Part shown: in pieces, positions 20,270-30,631 of the stretch
Layout: every line of letters starts with the position of its first letter
Position numbering within the stretch: position 1 is the stretch's first letter
IMG/VR virus record: IMGVR_UViG_3300043392_000054
Span: 96,001 to 160,000 of that record
Length of the DNA: 64,000 nucleotides
Direction: 5' to 3' (one strand)
Source of the DNA: a virus
Position numbers and translations under genes: made by a program
Notes under the pieces: generated by a model
Told to the model about the DNA's origin: nothing
The model's database searches: none
The model's input: only the letters and a program-made list of their open reading frames with translations

Positions 20270-20521
20270 ATGACTAAAAATGAAAAAAGAGCTGCACTAC
20301 GTGTGTTTGCCGGATTACTATCAATAAGTGTGTTCGTAGTTGGATTGGTTTGGTTTCCGTATTTAACGATGGGACTAGTCTTAATTTTAAGTTTACTATT
20401 TATGATTCTTAAAGTTTATGTAGACATTGTAAATTCTTTAGATGCAGAAGATGCAGAAGATGCAAAAAAAGAATGGCAGGATCGTAAGCTCCGAGAAATA
20501 AAAAATGACATGTTATCATAA
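20270..20521 (+). CDS. small membrane protein
   Basis: Two hydrophobic segments. Confidence 0.6.
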   Translation: MTKNEKRAALRVFAGLLSISVFVVGLVWFPYLTMGLVLILSLLFMILKVYVDIVNSLDAEDAEDAKKEWQDRKLREIKNDMLS

Positions 20522-20532
20522 CAACAAGACAA

Positions 20533-20772
20533 ATGACATACGAAGAAGCGGAAGAAATATCATTACGAGTAAAGTGGAAAACAGCCACATGTGGAGAAGG
20601 TGAACAATGTTGGTGCAGAAAGATTGTACCAGAAGTACCTATACTCTTTAAAAAAACAGAAACATCTGATGAAGATGAGTTTATAATAGTAGGTCCAGCC
20701 GAAATGCCTAAAGAATTAGCTGAACACTTTGTTAGATTACATAATAATTGGATAGATGGTGATGGCAATTAA
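20533..20772 (+). CDS. hypothetical protein
   Basis: 79-aa ORF with C/W motif. Confidence 0.6.
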   Translation: MTYEEAEEISLRVKWKTATCGEGEQCWCRKIVPEVPILFKKTETSDEDEFIIVGPAEMPKELAEHFVRLHNNWIDGDGN

Positions 20773-20786
20773 ACAGCAATAAGACA

Positions 20787-21101
20787 ATGACAAAGATTAA
20801 AACGTGGAAATCAATATTCTTCCATCAGATGGATGAATACCCAACTTGGAAGAACATTAAAGACATTCAATTTGAGGATGATGATAGAATCAGAGTCTCA
20901 TACGAAGAACCATATCATTACGAAAATGAGTCATCCAATGGTGGGTGGGTTATTGAAGTGGAAAGAGAAATGGAGGAAACTGATGAGGAGTATGAAAAGA
21001 GAATGAAAAGAATAAAGTCGGATGAGGAATGGCAAAAGAAACGAAATTATGAAACCTATCTTAAGTTGAAAAAACAATTTGAAAATGATTTAACAGATTA
21101 A
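20787..21101 (+). CDS. hypothetical protein
   Basis: 104-aa acidic ORF. Confidence 0.6.
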   Translation: MTKIKTWKSIFFHQMDEYPTWKNIKDIQFEDDDRIRVSYEEPYHYENESSNGGWVIEVEREMEETDEEYEKRMKRIKSDEEWQKKRNYETYLKLKKQFENDLTD

Positions 21102-21118
21102 CGGTAAACAATAAGACA

Positions 21119-22204
21119 ATGGAAAGAAAATTAGCAAGCATTCAAAAAGTAGCCAGTATTAGACCGATTGAAGGAGCTGATGCCATCGAGGTGGCTCGTA
21201 TCAATAACTGGGATGTTGTAGTTAAAAAAGGAGAGTACAAACCCGGCTATCTATGTGTTTACTGTGAGATTGACTCCTTCTTACCAATCAAAGAGGAGTT
21301 TGAATTCTTACGTAAAAGTTCTTATAAGAAGATGGCAGACCGTGAAGGTTTCCGTTTAAGAACTATTAAATTAAGAGGTCAAATAAGTCAAGGTCTTTTA
21401 TTACCTCTTTCAGTTTTAGAAGGAGAAGATGAGATGAAAATTGGCACATGTACACAGGAGCATGGTATATTGCAACTAGGACCCTATGATGACGCTTTAG
21501 TTATTGAAGAAGGTGTAGATGTGACAGATTTATTAGATATTGTTAAGTATGAAGCTCCAATCCCGGCCGAGTTAAGTGGTAAAGTTAAGGGTAATTTTCC
21601 ATCCTTTTTGAGAAAAACCGATGAGGAGCGGGTCCAAAACTTAAGTAAAGAATATCAAAAATGGGTTGCAGAAGAATTAAATTTTTATGTGACTGAGAAG
21701 TTAGATGGCAGTTCAGCTACTTTTTATTTAAATGATGGTCAGTTTGGAGTTTGCTCTAGAAACTTAGACCTATTAGAGACTGAAGACAACACATTTTGGA
21801 GAGTGGCCAGAGAAATGAAAATTGAGGAGAAGTTAAGAGCCAATGATAACCATAATATGGCTATACAAGGAGAGCTGATTGGTGAAGGTATCCAAGGCAA
21901 TCCTTATAAAATCAAAGGGCAGACAGTTAAGTTCTTTAATGCCTTTGATATTGATAGACAGGAGTATTATGGCTTACCGATATTCCTGGCTCTTTTCAGA
22001 CACCAGTTTCAATTAGACACAGTACCAATCTTGACTAATTTAACAATGAAGTTACCAGAAACTATCGACGAATGCTTAGCCTACGCTGATGCTAAGTCAG
22101 TATTGAATCCCGAGTTTGACCGAGAAGGAGTTGTGTTTAGAACAATGAATCGTAAGATTAGCTTTAAGGCTATCTCAAATAAATTTTTAATGAACGAAAA
22201 ATAA
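21119..22204 (+). CDS. RNA ligase, DRB0094/Rnl2-like family
   Basis: RKLASIQ N-terminus, LRGQISQGL, KTDEERVQN, TEKLDGSS, QGELIG, REGVV and FKAISNKFL motifs. Confidence 0.9.
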   Translation: MERKLASIQKVASIRPIEGADAIEVARINNWDVVVKKGEYKPGYLCVYCEIDSFLPIKEEFEFLRKSSYKKMADREGFRLRTIKLRGQISQGLLLPLSVLEGEDEMKIGTCTQEHGILQLGPYDDALVIEEGVDVTDLLDIVKYEAPIPAELSGKVKGNFPSFLRKTDEERVQNLSKEYQKWVAEELNFYVTEKLDGSSATFYLNDGQFGVCSRNLDLLETEDNTFWRVAREMKIEEKLRANDNHNMAIQGELIGEGIQGNPYKIKGQTVKFFNAFDIDRQEYYGLPIFLALFRHQFQLDTVPILTNLTMKLPETIDECLAYADAKSVLNPEFDREGVVFRTMNRKISFKAISNKFLMNEK

Positions 22205-22473
22205 TGAATCTACTATCCCGATTTAAGAGCTCAGAGAATCCTCGCTACAAAATAGTTGAGTGTAAGAAAATAAATCATTTTGGTGAAGTCACTGACCGTA
22301 AATACCTTGTCTTGGAGAGAAAATGGCGTATTATTTATGTTTATTTTCAAATGACAGATAGCTATCATTACCCTGCACTTTTTGACACTTTAAAGCAAGC
22401 AGAAGAATACTTAGCAAAAGTATTGACGCCTGAGCCAAATATAGTTGCAACTGTAATTAAAGAAATTTTATAG
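22204..22473 (+). CDS. hypothetical protein
   Basis: 89-aa ORF. Confidence 0.55.
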   Translation: MNLLSRFKSSENPRYKIVECKKINHFGEVTDRKYLVLERKWRIIYVYFQMTDSYHYPALFDTLKQAEEYLAKVLTPEPNIVATVIKEIL

Positions 22474-22476
22474 AAA

Positions 22477-23193
22477 ATGAAACTAGGAGAATTTATCAAG
22501 AGCTTTAGCCATAACAATATGATTAGGTTACACTATGAAATGGAAAGTGGAACTAAATGCGTATTAGGAGATTGGGATAATGTGTCAATGGACCATGAGA
22601 TTCTAAAAGGCAAAGGTAAGAATCGACATTATATTAATAACGAGGTCTTAGGATTAGTCGGTATTAATTTCCAAGGTTCATCTACTCATTATCCTGAAGC
22701 AATTAATATTGTTATTGAATATTTAGAAAATCAACCAATCGTCGATGAGGTAGTTGATGGACTTGATATAATGTTTAATGAGATTGAAATTTCGACAAAC
22801 AAACAATTAGAACAGTTAAAGGCTCATCTTGAAAGTCCAGAGGGCAAGGCTTCACTTAGCAAATGGGCTAAGAAGTATGCAAATGAGATGGAAGTTAAAG
22901 ATAGATGGGTTGAAAAGATTAAAAAGTATTATGGTGACAATATTGACCTTTTAATCGAAAAGTTAATGGACAAATATTATTCTAAAGAGTATACTGATAG
23001 AGAACATAAAATGAATGTAGAACCAAGAGAACCTCTCTTATGGCTACTTCGAGATTATGCTGCAACGTATGGTGAAGAGTGCGAGGATGAAAAGTACTTT
23101 AATGATTTTACAGCAGAAGCTTATTATATAGGTTCCTACGTTATTCAGCTCATGATAGGTCAAGGCTCATGCATTAGAATTGATGAAAAATAA
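22477..23193 (+). CDS. hypothetical protein (possibly two fused domains)
   Basis: 238-aa ORF. Confidence 0.6.
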   Translation: MKLGEFIKSFSHNNMIRLHYEMESGTKCVLGDWDNVSMDHEILKGKGKNRHYINNEVLGLVGINFQGSSTHYPEAINIVIEYLENQPIVDEVVDGLDIMFNEIEISTNKQLEQLKAHLESPEGKASLSKWAKKYANEMEVKDRWVEKIKKYYGDNIDLLIEKLMDKYYSKEYTDREHKMNVEPREPLLWLLRDYAATYGEECEDEKYFNDFTAEAYYIGSYVIQLMIGQGSCIRIDEK

Positions 23194-23202
23194 TTAGCCC
23201 TA

Positions 23203-23236
23203 AATTTTTTTATGTCGTACTTTTTTTGTAGATTTG
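23203..23236 (+). promoter_or_regulatory. Bacteroidota sigma70-type promoter
   Basis: TAGATTTG at 23229-36. Confidence 0.7.
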
Positions 23237-23260
23237 TATTATAATTAAAACAAACACATT

Positions 23261-23443
23261 ATGAGCATTTTTTCAAAAAGAATAGAAGATTTAAAATCAC
23301 GAGGATTTAGAGAAACTAAAGTAGGAATGACAAATGATAAATACGCTTTCCTATGGTATCAAATAGATACAGATGAAATATCTGATAGCGAATGGGAGGA
23401 TTACCTCTTGAAATTAACTAACACTCAAACAAAATCAATATGA
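23261..23443 (+). CDS. hypothetical protein
   Basis: 60-aa ORF after promoter. Confidence 0.55.
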   Translation: MSIFSKRIEDLKSRGFRETKVGMTNDKYAFLWYQIDTDEISDSEWEDYLLKLTNTQTKSI

Positions 23444-23721
23444 AAAAATTATTAGCAGTATGGATTGTAGCATTAACAATCATGACGCTTATTTATGGTT
23501 GCACTGAAAATCAGAGCGCTAGAAATTATGGTGGAACAGAAACAGTTCAGCTAGAAAAAGGAGTTCGCGTAGTAAACGTTACTTGGAAAGGCGATGAGCA
23601 GCTTGGTTCTTTATGGATTCTCACTAAAAAGGACACTACTACTAAGCCTACTACATATTCATTCAAAGAGAAATCAAATTTTGGTGTAATGGAAGGCACC
23701 GTAATTATTATAGAAAAATAA
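23440..23721 (+). CDS. putative lipoprotein
   Basis: LIYGC lipobox; ARNYGGT motif. Confidence 0.6.
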   Translation: MKKLLAVWIVALTIMTLIYGCTENQSARNYGGTETVQLEKGVRVVNVTWKGDEQLGSLWILTKKDTTTKPTTYSFKEKSNFGVMEGTVIIIEK

Positions 23722-23752
23722 TTTTAAAATTTATTAAAAATAATTAGCCCGA

Positions 23753-23786
23753 TATTTTTTAATGTCGGGTTTTTTGTTTATATTTG
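23753..23786 (+). promoter_or_regulatory. Bacteroidota sigma70-type promoter
   Basis: TATATTTG at 23779-86. Confidence 0.7.
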
Positions 23787-23814
23787 TATTGTAATTAAAA
23801 CAAATAAACAAATC

Positions 23815-24726
23815 ATGGAAAATTCAATCAAAGTAGGTTACGATTCCCAAACTGGTTTTTATACATTTAAAAACACGTATAATGCAACAGCAGAAATGAA
23901 CGGCAAGTCTCTTACAGACCCATTGAAAGGTTTTAGAAGTGGAGAACTTGTAGTAACTTCTGAGAAACCAGAAACTATTACATATAAAACGTCTGGCCGT
24001 AAATTAATCGGTTATGACAATATTGAAGATTTAACTACTATTTCCGTAGAGAAATATAAAGAACTTGAAGCTAAAATTAAATTAACTAGAGAATGGGATG
24101 AAGATTCTGAAGAATTTACATACTCTAATTTAGAAGATGAGGTTTTTGCTTTAAGATTTGCAAGAACTTACAAACCTATTTATGAAAATGTTGAAGAAGT
24201 TCATAATTTAGAAATTGAGTTTATTGAATATCCTGTAAGTGCTTACAAATGTATTATTCCATTGTATTCTCTAGATGCAAATAATGTATTTGAAACAAAA
24301 TGTAAATATGTGCCTAATAATATTGAAATGTTTTTTGATATTTGTGCCTCATTTGGTATTGATAAAGGCAGAATTGATTTACCTAATCATTCTGGTTTAA
24401 GATTTGTTAAAATCGACGATAAATTTGTAGCAGGTATGGAAGATCATGAAAGGACTTTTGCACCAACAATTATTGATACTTATGAAGGATGTATTACTAG
24501 AATGGAATCTACTCGTAAAAAATTAGAAGATATAGTTAGTTTTCATGTTGCTAAACAATCTCAAAAGATTGTAGACACATCGACTATTGGGTATCTTTTA
24601 ACTCAATTAAAATCTGTGCAAAACTCAATTTCTAGTTTAGAAGTTAAACAAAAAGAATATAATTCACAGAGAGCCATTTTAAATAGAGTTGGAGAATTAA
24701 TTAATACTTATAAAGAACAAGCATAA
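23815..24726 (+). CDS. hypothetical protein
   Basis: 303-aa ORF with its own promoter. Confidence 0.7.
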   Translation: MENSIKVGYDSQTGFYTFKNTYNATAEMNGKSLTDPLKGFRSGELVVTSEKPETITYKTSGRKLIGYDNIEDLTTISVEKYKELEAKIKLTREWDEDSEEFTYSNLEDEVFALRFARTYKPIYENVEEVHNLEIEFIEYPVSAYKCIIPLYSLDANNVFETKCKYVPNNIEMFFDICASFGIDKGRIDLPNHSGLRFVKIDDKFVAGMEDHERTFAPTIIDTYEGCITRMESTRKKLEDIVSFHVAKQSQKIVDTSTIGYLLTQLKSVQNSISSLEVKQKEYNSQRAILNRVGELINTYKEQA

Positions 24727-24782
24727 TTTTAAAACTGTGTCAGAATCTGCAATTAAAAAAAATAGAAAAATAAAACATCGAT

Positions 24783-24816
24783 TATTTTTTATTGTCAGAT
24801 AAATGTGTTATATTTA
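24783..24816 (+). promoter_or_regulatory. Bacteroidota sigma70-type promoter
   Basis: TTGTCA...TATATTTA at 24809-16. Confidence 0.65.
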
Positions 24817-24841
24817 CATATCTAATTAAAACAACCAAGTT

Positions 24842-25498
24842 ATGAAAATTGTAGTAAATCCAGGTCAACGAGTATTCTTTACTTCAGATACCCATTATAA
24901 TCACAGTAATATTTGCAGAGGTGTTTCTAACTGGGAGGGAAATAGAGAAAACCGAACTCGTGATTATGATACGTTGAATCAAATGAATATTGACCTTATT
25001 GATAATATCAATATGCTAGTAATGGAGGATGATATTTTGATTCACTTAGGAGATTGGTCTTTTGGAGGTTTTGAATCAATTACTGAATTTAGAAATCAAT
25101 TGAATTGTAAAAATATTCACCTTTTTTTGGGCAATCATGACCATCATATTTTAAATAATAAAGATAATGTACGCGACTTATTCTCTTCGGTTAATGAGCA
25201 ACGAATGGTAACTATTGTGATGCCTCCATCAATAAAGAACGGTCCATCTGAGAAACATAGATTTGTTTTAAGTCATTATCCAATTGCTTCTTGGCAAAAT
25301 ATGGGAGAGGGCGTAATGCACTTGCATGGTCATATTCACACTCCGCATGAATTTAAAATTGGACCAGGTAGAATGATGGATGTTGGAATTGATGGAAATC
25401 CAGATTTTCAACCATACACAATTCAACAAGTTTTGAAACTAATTGCTAATAGACCTATAAAATCTTTATTACAACATCAGCTTGACCATCATGAATAA
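24842..25498 (+). CDS. metallophosphoesterase
   Basis: FFTSDTHYNH, HLGDW, GNHD, SHYP and HLHGHIH motifs. Confidence 0.9.
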   Translation: MKIVVNPGQRVFFTSDTHYNHSNICRGVSNWEGNRENRTRDYDTLNQMNIDLIDNINMLVMEDDILIHLGDWSFGGFESITEFRNQLNCKNIHLFLGNHDHHILNNKDNVRDLFSSVNEQRMVTIVMPPSIKNGPSEKHRFVLSHYPIASWQNMGEGVMHLHGHIHTPHEFKIGPGRMMDVGIDGNPDFQPYTIQQVLKLIANRPIKSLLQHQLDHHE

Positions 25499-25973
25499 AG
25501 AATCTAAGCGAACTGTTTCAAAACAAAAACAGGTCAAAGAAAAAACTTCTGAAGTGTTAAAACAATTTAATGAGCATCTTAACGATGAAGAATTAAAAAG
25601 AAATTATGATGGTTTTATAAAAACAAAAAGTATTATTGAAGTAAGAGTTGAAAGGTATATTACACAAATAAATTCTTTACAAGATAATATTAATAAGCAT
25701 AGAAACTGTATCATAGATACTCTTAAATTGGGTTATACAGATATTTCGTATCTTATTGGAGGTTTATCTCAATTGGAATCTGATTTAGAAAGAGTAAATG
25801 AGGACTTGTTTAAATCAAAGACAGAATTAGATAAAATTAATAGCAATATAGAACGTTATGAAGAATTATCTGAAAGAACTAAATTAACTTATTTTAAATT
25901 ATTATCTAATTCAGGCGATATTAAAGGAACTTGGTTAGAATTTAAAGAACAATACAAAGATAAAATATTTTAA
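25482..25973 (+). CDS. hypothetical coiled-coil protein
   Basis: 163-aa ORF. Confidence 0.55.
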   Translation: MTIMNKESKRTVSKQKQVKEKTSEVLKQFNEHLNDEELKRNYDGFIKTKSIIEVRVERYITQINSLQDNINKHRNCIIDTLKLGYTDISYLIGGLSQLESDLERVNEDLFKSKTELDKINSNIERYEELSERTKLTYFKLLSNSGDIKGTWLEFKEQYKDKIF

Positions 25974-25977
25974 AATA

Positions 25978-26361
25978 ATGAAAGAGTTAATATTATTGAG
26001 AGGGTTACCTGGTAGCGGTAAATCAACGTTTGCTGATTTAATCGGTGGTTTTCGTTGTGAAGCTGATATGTTTTTTATGGAAGATGGAGAATATAAGTTT
26101 GATGTTAATCGTCTTAAAGAAGCACATCTTTGGTGTAAAAAGGAATGTGAATCATTTATGGTTAGAGAAAAACCAAAGGTAATAGTATCCAATACATTTA
26201 CTCAAGAATGGGAAATGGAGGATTATTACAAATTGGCAAAAAAATATGGCTATAAAGTAACATCACTTATTGTTGAAAATAGACATGATGGTAAAAGTAT
26301 TCATAGTGTTCCAGATGCAACATTAGGTAATATGAGAAATCGTTTTGAAATTAAACTATGA
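25978..26361 (+). CDS. P-loop kinase (AAA_33 / polynucleotide kinase-like)
   Basis: RGLPGSGKST, VIVSNTF and HSVP motifs. Confidence 0.8.
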   Translation: MKELILLRGLPGSGKSTFADLIGGFRCEADMFFMEDGEYKFDVNRLKEAHLWCKKECESFMVREKPKVIVSNTFTQEWEMEDYYKLAKKYGYKVTSLIVENRHDGKSIHSVPDATLGNMRNRFEIKL

Positions 26362-26543
26362 AAAGCTTATTTGATTTAGAAAGTACTCCTAAAACTGAAG
26401 TAGAGTGGGATAAAGTATTAGACCATTGGATGGTAGATACTGGAATAAAAGACCCGAAAGATGATAACTTCAATACCCCACCACAAATAGTAAAGTTAGC
26501 AATTTGGTTAGAAGAAAGATATACAAAGCCCTTTAAAAAATGA
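26358..26543 (+). CDS. hypothetical protein
   Basis: 61-aa coupled ORF. Confidence 0.5.
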   Translation: MKSLFDLESTPKTEVEWDKVLDHWMVDTGIKDPKDDNFNTPPQIVKLAIWLEERYTKPFKK

Positions 26544-26776
26544 TAAAAAAGATATTTCTATTAGCATTAACGATTGGTCTTTTTTCTATGGGTTATAGAA
26601 GTTTAAAAAAAGAACAATGTTCAGTTGCTCGTAAATTTGAAATAGAAAATAATGGTAAATTAGAAAAACACTTTTTAGTTAAATTTACAGATGGAACTAT
26701 TCAAGATGAAATAGTTTCAGATGTAGTTTATAGAAATATAAAAGAATTAGATTTTTATTATGCAATTAAACAATAA
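26540..26776 (+). CDS. hypothetical secreted/membrane protein
   Basis: N-terminal hydrophobic segment. Confidence 0.5.
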   Translation: MIKKIFLLALTIGLFSMGYRSLKKEQCSVARKFEIENNGKLEKHFLVKFTDGTIQDEIVSDVVYRNIKELDFYYAIKQ

Positions 26777-26954
26777 TATTATGTACGTAACAATTTTAAA
26801 TTTTGAAAGCGGTAAAATTGATGTCTTAGAAATACCAATGTCAAATGCAGGTGATTCGGCTGAATTGTATATCGAAGAAACTTTAAACTATTCTCTTAGT
26901 AACTGTGATTGGATGATGACTGCTGAAAAACCAGAACTTAATTTTTTAAATTAA
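26760..26954 (+). CDS. hypothetical protein
   Basis: 64-aa ORF. Confidence 0.55.
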   Translation: MQLNNNIMYVTILNFESGKIDVLEIPMSNAGDSAELYIEETLNYSLSNCDWMMTAEKPELNFLN

Positions 26955-26963
26955 AGTTCCAAA

Positions 26964-26997
26964 TATTTTTTTATATCAATTATTTTAGTTATATTTG
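26964..26997 (+). promoter_or_regulatory. Bacteroidota sigma70-type promoter
   Basis: TATATTTG at 26990-97. Confidence 0.6.
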
Positions 26998-28098
26998 TAT
27001 ATGAAAATTAATCTACAAATACTAGAGCAATATGTGTCTGAAGGATATGTGACTAAGCAAGTCCACCCAAAATATCCATTAGCCATATATAATTATACGC
27101 AATCAACTCAATATGAAAAAAATTGGGATGAAATTACATTGTCTTGTAGAGGATTAATTATGGATACTGAAACTGGAGAAATTGTAGCTCGTTCTTTTCC
27201 AAAGTTTTTTAATTTAGAAGAGCTTGATGATAAAACTAAAGTATCGCTATTGTCAAATCATAGAGTATCTGTTCAAGAAAAAATAGATGGGTCTTTAGGA
27301 ATCATTTTTAATTATAAAGGTGAATGGATTCTTTGTACTAAAGGTTCATTTACATCAGAACAATCAATTAGAGGAACACAAATTTTAACTAAAAAATATG
27401 ACCTTAAAAAGTTTAACCCGGCTGTTTCGTATATCTGTGAAATCATTTATCCGGAAAATCGTATTGTTTGCGATTATCAGGACGCAGAAACACTTGTTTT
27501 TCTTACAGCATTTATTGACAATGTTGAATTAGAAGAGGATATAGTTCAAGAAGTTTTTCTAGAATCAGGTATAGAATTAGAGGATACTATTTATGATACA
27601 GCGTACCTTGAAGAAATTAACTTTGATTTATTATCAAGTCTTAAAGCTCAAAATAGTAAGGGTGAAGAGGGCTACGTATTAAGATTTTTACCTTCTAATT
27701 ATAGAATCAAAATTAAGTTTAGCGATTATATTGCATTACATAGGATAATGACGCAGTGCTCTTCTTATGACATCTGGGAGAACTTGTCTAAATTCAATAA
27801 AGTACCAGATGAATTATTAGATAATGTACCAGATGAGTTCTATGATTGGATTAGAGCTGAAGAAATTAGTATTCTATCAAATTTTGCACACATATATGCT
27901 TTACATGCTGCGTGCTTAACTAATTTAAATCTGTCAAAAACTTTACCAAGAGCTGAAGTTGCTAAAGCAATTACATCCGTAAATCAACACAAAATTAGTC
28001 ATAAGATTTTATTTGCAATGTATGATGGTAAATTAGTTCATGATATGATTTGGCCATTAGTAAAACCAGCGTATAGTAAACCTTTTAGTAAATTTTAA
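26995..28098 (+). CDS. T4 Rnl1-like RNA ligase
   Basis: LAIYNY, CRGLI, FPKFFN, QEKIDGSLG, EIIYPENRIV, EEGYV and KIKF motifs. Confidence 0.9.
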   Translation: MYMKINLQILEQYVSEGYVTKQVHPKYPLAIYNYTQSTQYEKNWDEITLSCRGLIMDTETGEIVARSFPKFFNLEELDDKTKVSLLSNHRVSVQEKIDGSLGIIFNYKGEWILCTKGSFTSEQSIRGTQILTKKYDLKKFNPAVSYICEIIYPENRIVCDYQDAETLVFLTAFIDNVELEEDIVQEVFLESGIELEDTIYDTAYLEEINFDLLSSLKAQNSKGEEGYVLRFLPSNYRIKIKFSDYIALHRIMTQCSSYDIWENLSKFNKVPDELLDNVPDEFYDWIRAEEISILSNFAHIYALHAACLTNLNLSKTLPRAEVAKAITSVNQHKISHKILFAMYDGKLVHDMIWPLVKPAYSKPFSKF

Positions 28099-28119
28099 TA
28101 TAATAAGAAAAATATTATT

Positions 28120-28662
28120 ATGGCAAAGATTGAAGAAATGCTTTCTGTGATTAAGGATTTAACATCTGACGTAACTATTCCCGGTTTAGATGTTGATACT
28201 GTTGTACCCGCAATGGTTGAAGCTAGATTTAAGAATGAATTGGGTATGATTGAAGATGCTAAACAAAAAGAGGCAGAAACTAAAAAAATGATTGAGTACT
28301 ATAAAACACAAGGTCGTGTTGAAGTAGAAACTCAAATTGCTACTATAAAAATGGGTTACAAAACAGTAAAATCTCAAGTAATTCAAATTACAGCAGCAGC
28401 AAAAACAGCAGTTGCTAGTAATTTAATTCCACCTGTGATTTCAGTACCTCCAGCTGTACCAAATCCTGCTTATGTTTTGGTTGAAAACGCAACAAAGGTT
28501 AGTAATTTTATTTCAATGATTGAAGGAGCTTTAGCTAAATTTGGAGAGATGTTATTAGCAGCTGTTAAAATTGCATTTGAAATTCCAGATATGATTATGG
28601 ATTTATTGAAGACTTTACTAGACCTTAAAAAGACAGTGACTGCAATTCCTGTACCAGCATAA
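28120..28662 (+). CDS. hypothetical protein
   Basis: 180-aa ORF. Confidence 0.65.
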   Translation: MAKIEEMLSVIKDLTSDVTIPGLDVDTVVPAMVEARFKNELGMIEDAKQKEAETKKMIEYYKTQGRVEVETQIATIKMGYKTVKSQVIQITAAAKTAVASNLIPPVISVPPAVPNPAYVLVENATKVSNFISMIEGALAKFGEMLLAAVKIAFEIPDMIMDLLKTLLDLKKTVTAIPVPA

Positions 28663-29231
28663 TGGAACATTTTTACGAAAGTATTGGAGAAAATTGGTTT
28701 AACTATCAAGACGTTTATAAAAAAATGGTTGAGATAGCTAAACCAAATTCTCATTTTGTAGAAGTAGGTAGTTGGAAGGGTAGAAGTGCAGCTTTTATGG
28801 CAGTTGAAATCATAAACTCCATTAAAAAAATACAATTCGACTGTGTAGATACATGGGAAGGTTCAATTGAGCATACTGAAAATAATAGTGTAGTTAATAG
28901 AACTCTATATGACGAATTTCTATTCAATATTGAACCAGTTTCAAATGTTATTAAACCTATTCAAAAGCTTTCTCTAGAGGCTGCTCAAGATTATGCAGAC
29001 CAAAGTTTAGATTTTGTATTTATAGATGCTTCACATGAATATGAAGATGTTTTAAATGATATAAAGGCTTGGATGCCTAAAATAAAATCTGGTGGATGGA
29101 TTGCAGGTCATGATTATGTAGAAGGCAGAAAATATTGGGAAGGTGTATATGATGCTGTAAATGAATACTTTAAAGAAATTCCCTTTCAAACAATGAGCCA
29201 TTGTGATGCATGGCTTTATCAAAAACCATAA
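28662..29231 (+). CDS. class I SAM methyltransferase (Methyltransf_24-like)
   Basis: VEVGSWKGRS, FVFIDASHEYE and AGHDY motifs. Confidence 0.85.
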   Translation: MEHFYESIGENWFNYQDVYKKMVEIAKPNSHFVEVGSWKGRSAAFMAVEIINSIKKIQFDCVDTWEGSIEHTENNSVVNRTLYDEFLFNIEPVSNVIKPIQKLSLEAAQDYADQSLDFVFIDASHEYEDVLNDIKAWMPKIKSGGWIAGHDYVEGRKYWEGVYDAVNEYFKEIPFQTMSHCDAWLYQKP

Positions 29232-29410
29232 TGGAAATCATTTTTTTTATTTTAATTATCATAGTGCCGATTCTAATTTGGAATTGGGTGAAAGCCATAT
29301 TCACAAAATGGATATGGAATGAAACTCTTCCAAAAATGACAAATCATGTAAATAAAATAAGTACAAAACAGGCTTTTGTTATCAATGTGTTAAAAAATAA
29401 AAAAAAGTAA
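29210..29410 (+). CDS. small membrane protein
   Basis: Hydrophobic N-terminus; likely start at ATG 29231. Confidence 0.5.
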   Translation: MALSKTIMEIIFFILIIIVPILIWNWVKAIFTKWIWNETLPKMTNHVNKISTKQAFVINVLKNKKK

Positions 29411-29489
29411 AATATAATGTTAACCAATAAACTACTTATTGTACTTTTTTGATAATGTGTCAATTTTACAATATTAAAATAGTTATATA

Positions 29490-29927
29490 TTGTATACACA
29501 ACATAAACAACAAAGCGGCATGAAAAAGCAGATTATTTTTTTAACATTATCATTATCATTATTAGTAGTTTTATCTACAATTTTAGGATTTCACACAGTA
29601 AAACACTTAAATAGTACACATACAAAAACAGATACTCAAAATGAAATTTCAGTGTCTTCTACTATTGCAAACAAAACTGAAAATATTTCATCTACCAAAA
29701 AGATAAAACAATATAGAAAGGATAAAATAGAAACAGAAGTAAAAGCGGAAGAGATACAACAAATTTATTATACAGGACCTTCTTTATTTGAATTAGCAAA
29801 TGAATTAAATGTTCAAATTGGAAACATAGAAGAACCAATTAATACAGATATTCCGGTTCAACAGGATAATAGCAATATATTAAGTTTAGCAGAATTAATA
29901 GGATTATACGGCATTAAATCATTTTAA
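29490..29927 (+). CDS. membrane-anchored hypothetical protein
   Basis: One TM segment. Confidence 0.55.
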   Translation: MYTQHKQQSGMKKQIIFLTLSLSLLVVLSTILGFHTVKHLNSTHTKTDTQNEISVSSTIANKTENISSTKKIKQYRKDKIETEVKAEEIQQIYYTGPSLFELANELNVQIGNIEEPINTDIPVQQDNSNILSLAELIGLYGIKSF

Positions 29928-29963
29928 GGATATATAAGTTAATAACAATATATCCAATTACTT

Positions 29964-30626
29964 ATGGAAACCAAATCAAACTCAAAAATCTATCTCTGGT
30001 TAGCTATTGCGATATTAGCAATATTATTAGGCATTGAAAAATGTAATAAATCAGAGGAATCAGTTGCTCAAAATCAAGTGGCATTAGAAGCTAAACCAGC
30101 TAAAGTAGATACTATTTTGATTGAAGTTCCATCTAAGCCAAAAATTGTTTATATTACTAAATATAAAATTATTCCAAACGATAAGAGTAAATCGATTGAC
30201 ACAGCAAATAAAATTGTTGAGGTACCAGTTAAGGTAGATAGTTCTTTATTATTATCTAAATATTATGGTAGAAATTACCAAATTATCGAGACGACATTAG
30301 ACCCAGGTTATACTTCAATCGTAACTATTGACGCTATTTCAAGAAATAAAATCATTGCAAGAAGAACATATCTTAGAACATTTAAGAAAAGACCAAATTA
30401 TGTCAGTGTTTATCTTGTAGCTCCAGAAAAACCTAAGACTAGAGAATGGTATGTAGGTGGAGGAACTTCTGTTAGCAAATATGGTTTCAACACAATGCAT
30501 GGTTCTGTCCTGTTAAAGAACAAACATGATGAAATTTATCAATTAAGCGCAGGTATCACTAACACTTCACCATTAGGAGTATATGAGCCTTTTGTTGGTG
30601 CATCAATTTTATTTAAAGTAAAATAG
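29964..30626 (+). CDS. secreted/envelope hypothetical protein
   Basis: Signal-like N-terminus and beta-rich C-terminus. Confidence 0.6.
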   Translation: METKSNSKIYLWLAIAILAILLGIEKCNKSEESVAQNQVALEAKPAKVDTILIEVPSKPKIVYITKYKIIPNDKSKSIDTANKIVEVPVKVDSSLLLSKYYGRNYQIIETTLDPGYTSIVTIDAISRNKIIARRTYLRTFKKRPNYVSVYLVAPEKPKTREWYVGGGTSVSKYGFNTMHGSVLLKNKHDEIYQLSAGITNTSPLGVYEPFVGASILFKVK

Positions 30627-30631
30627 TCTTA

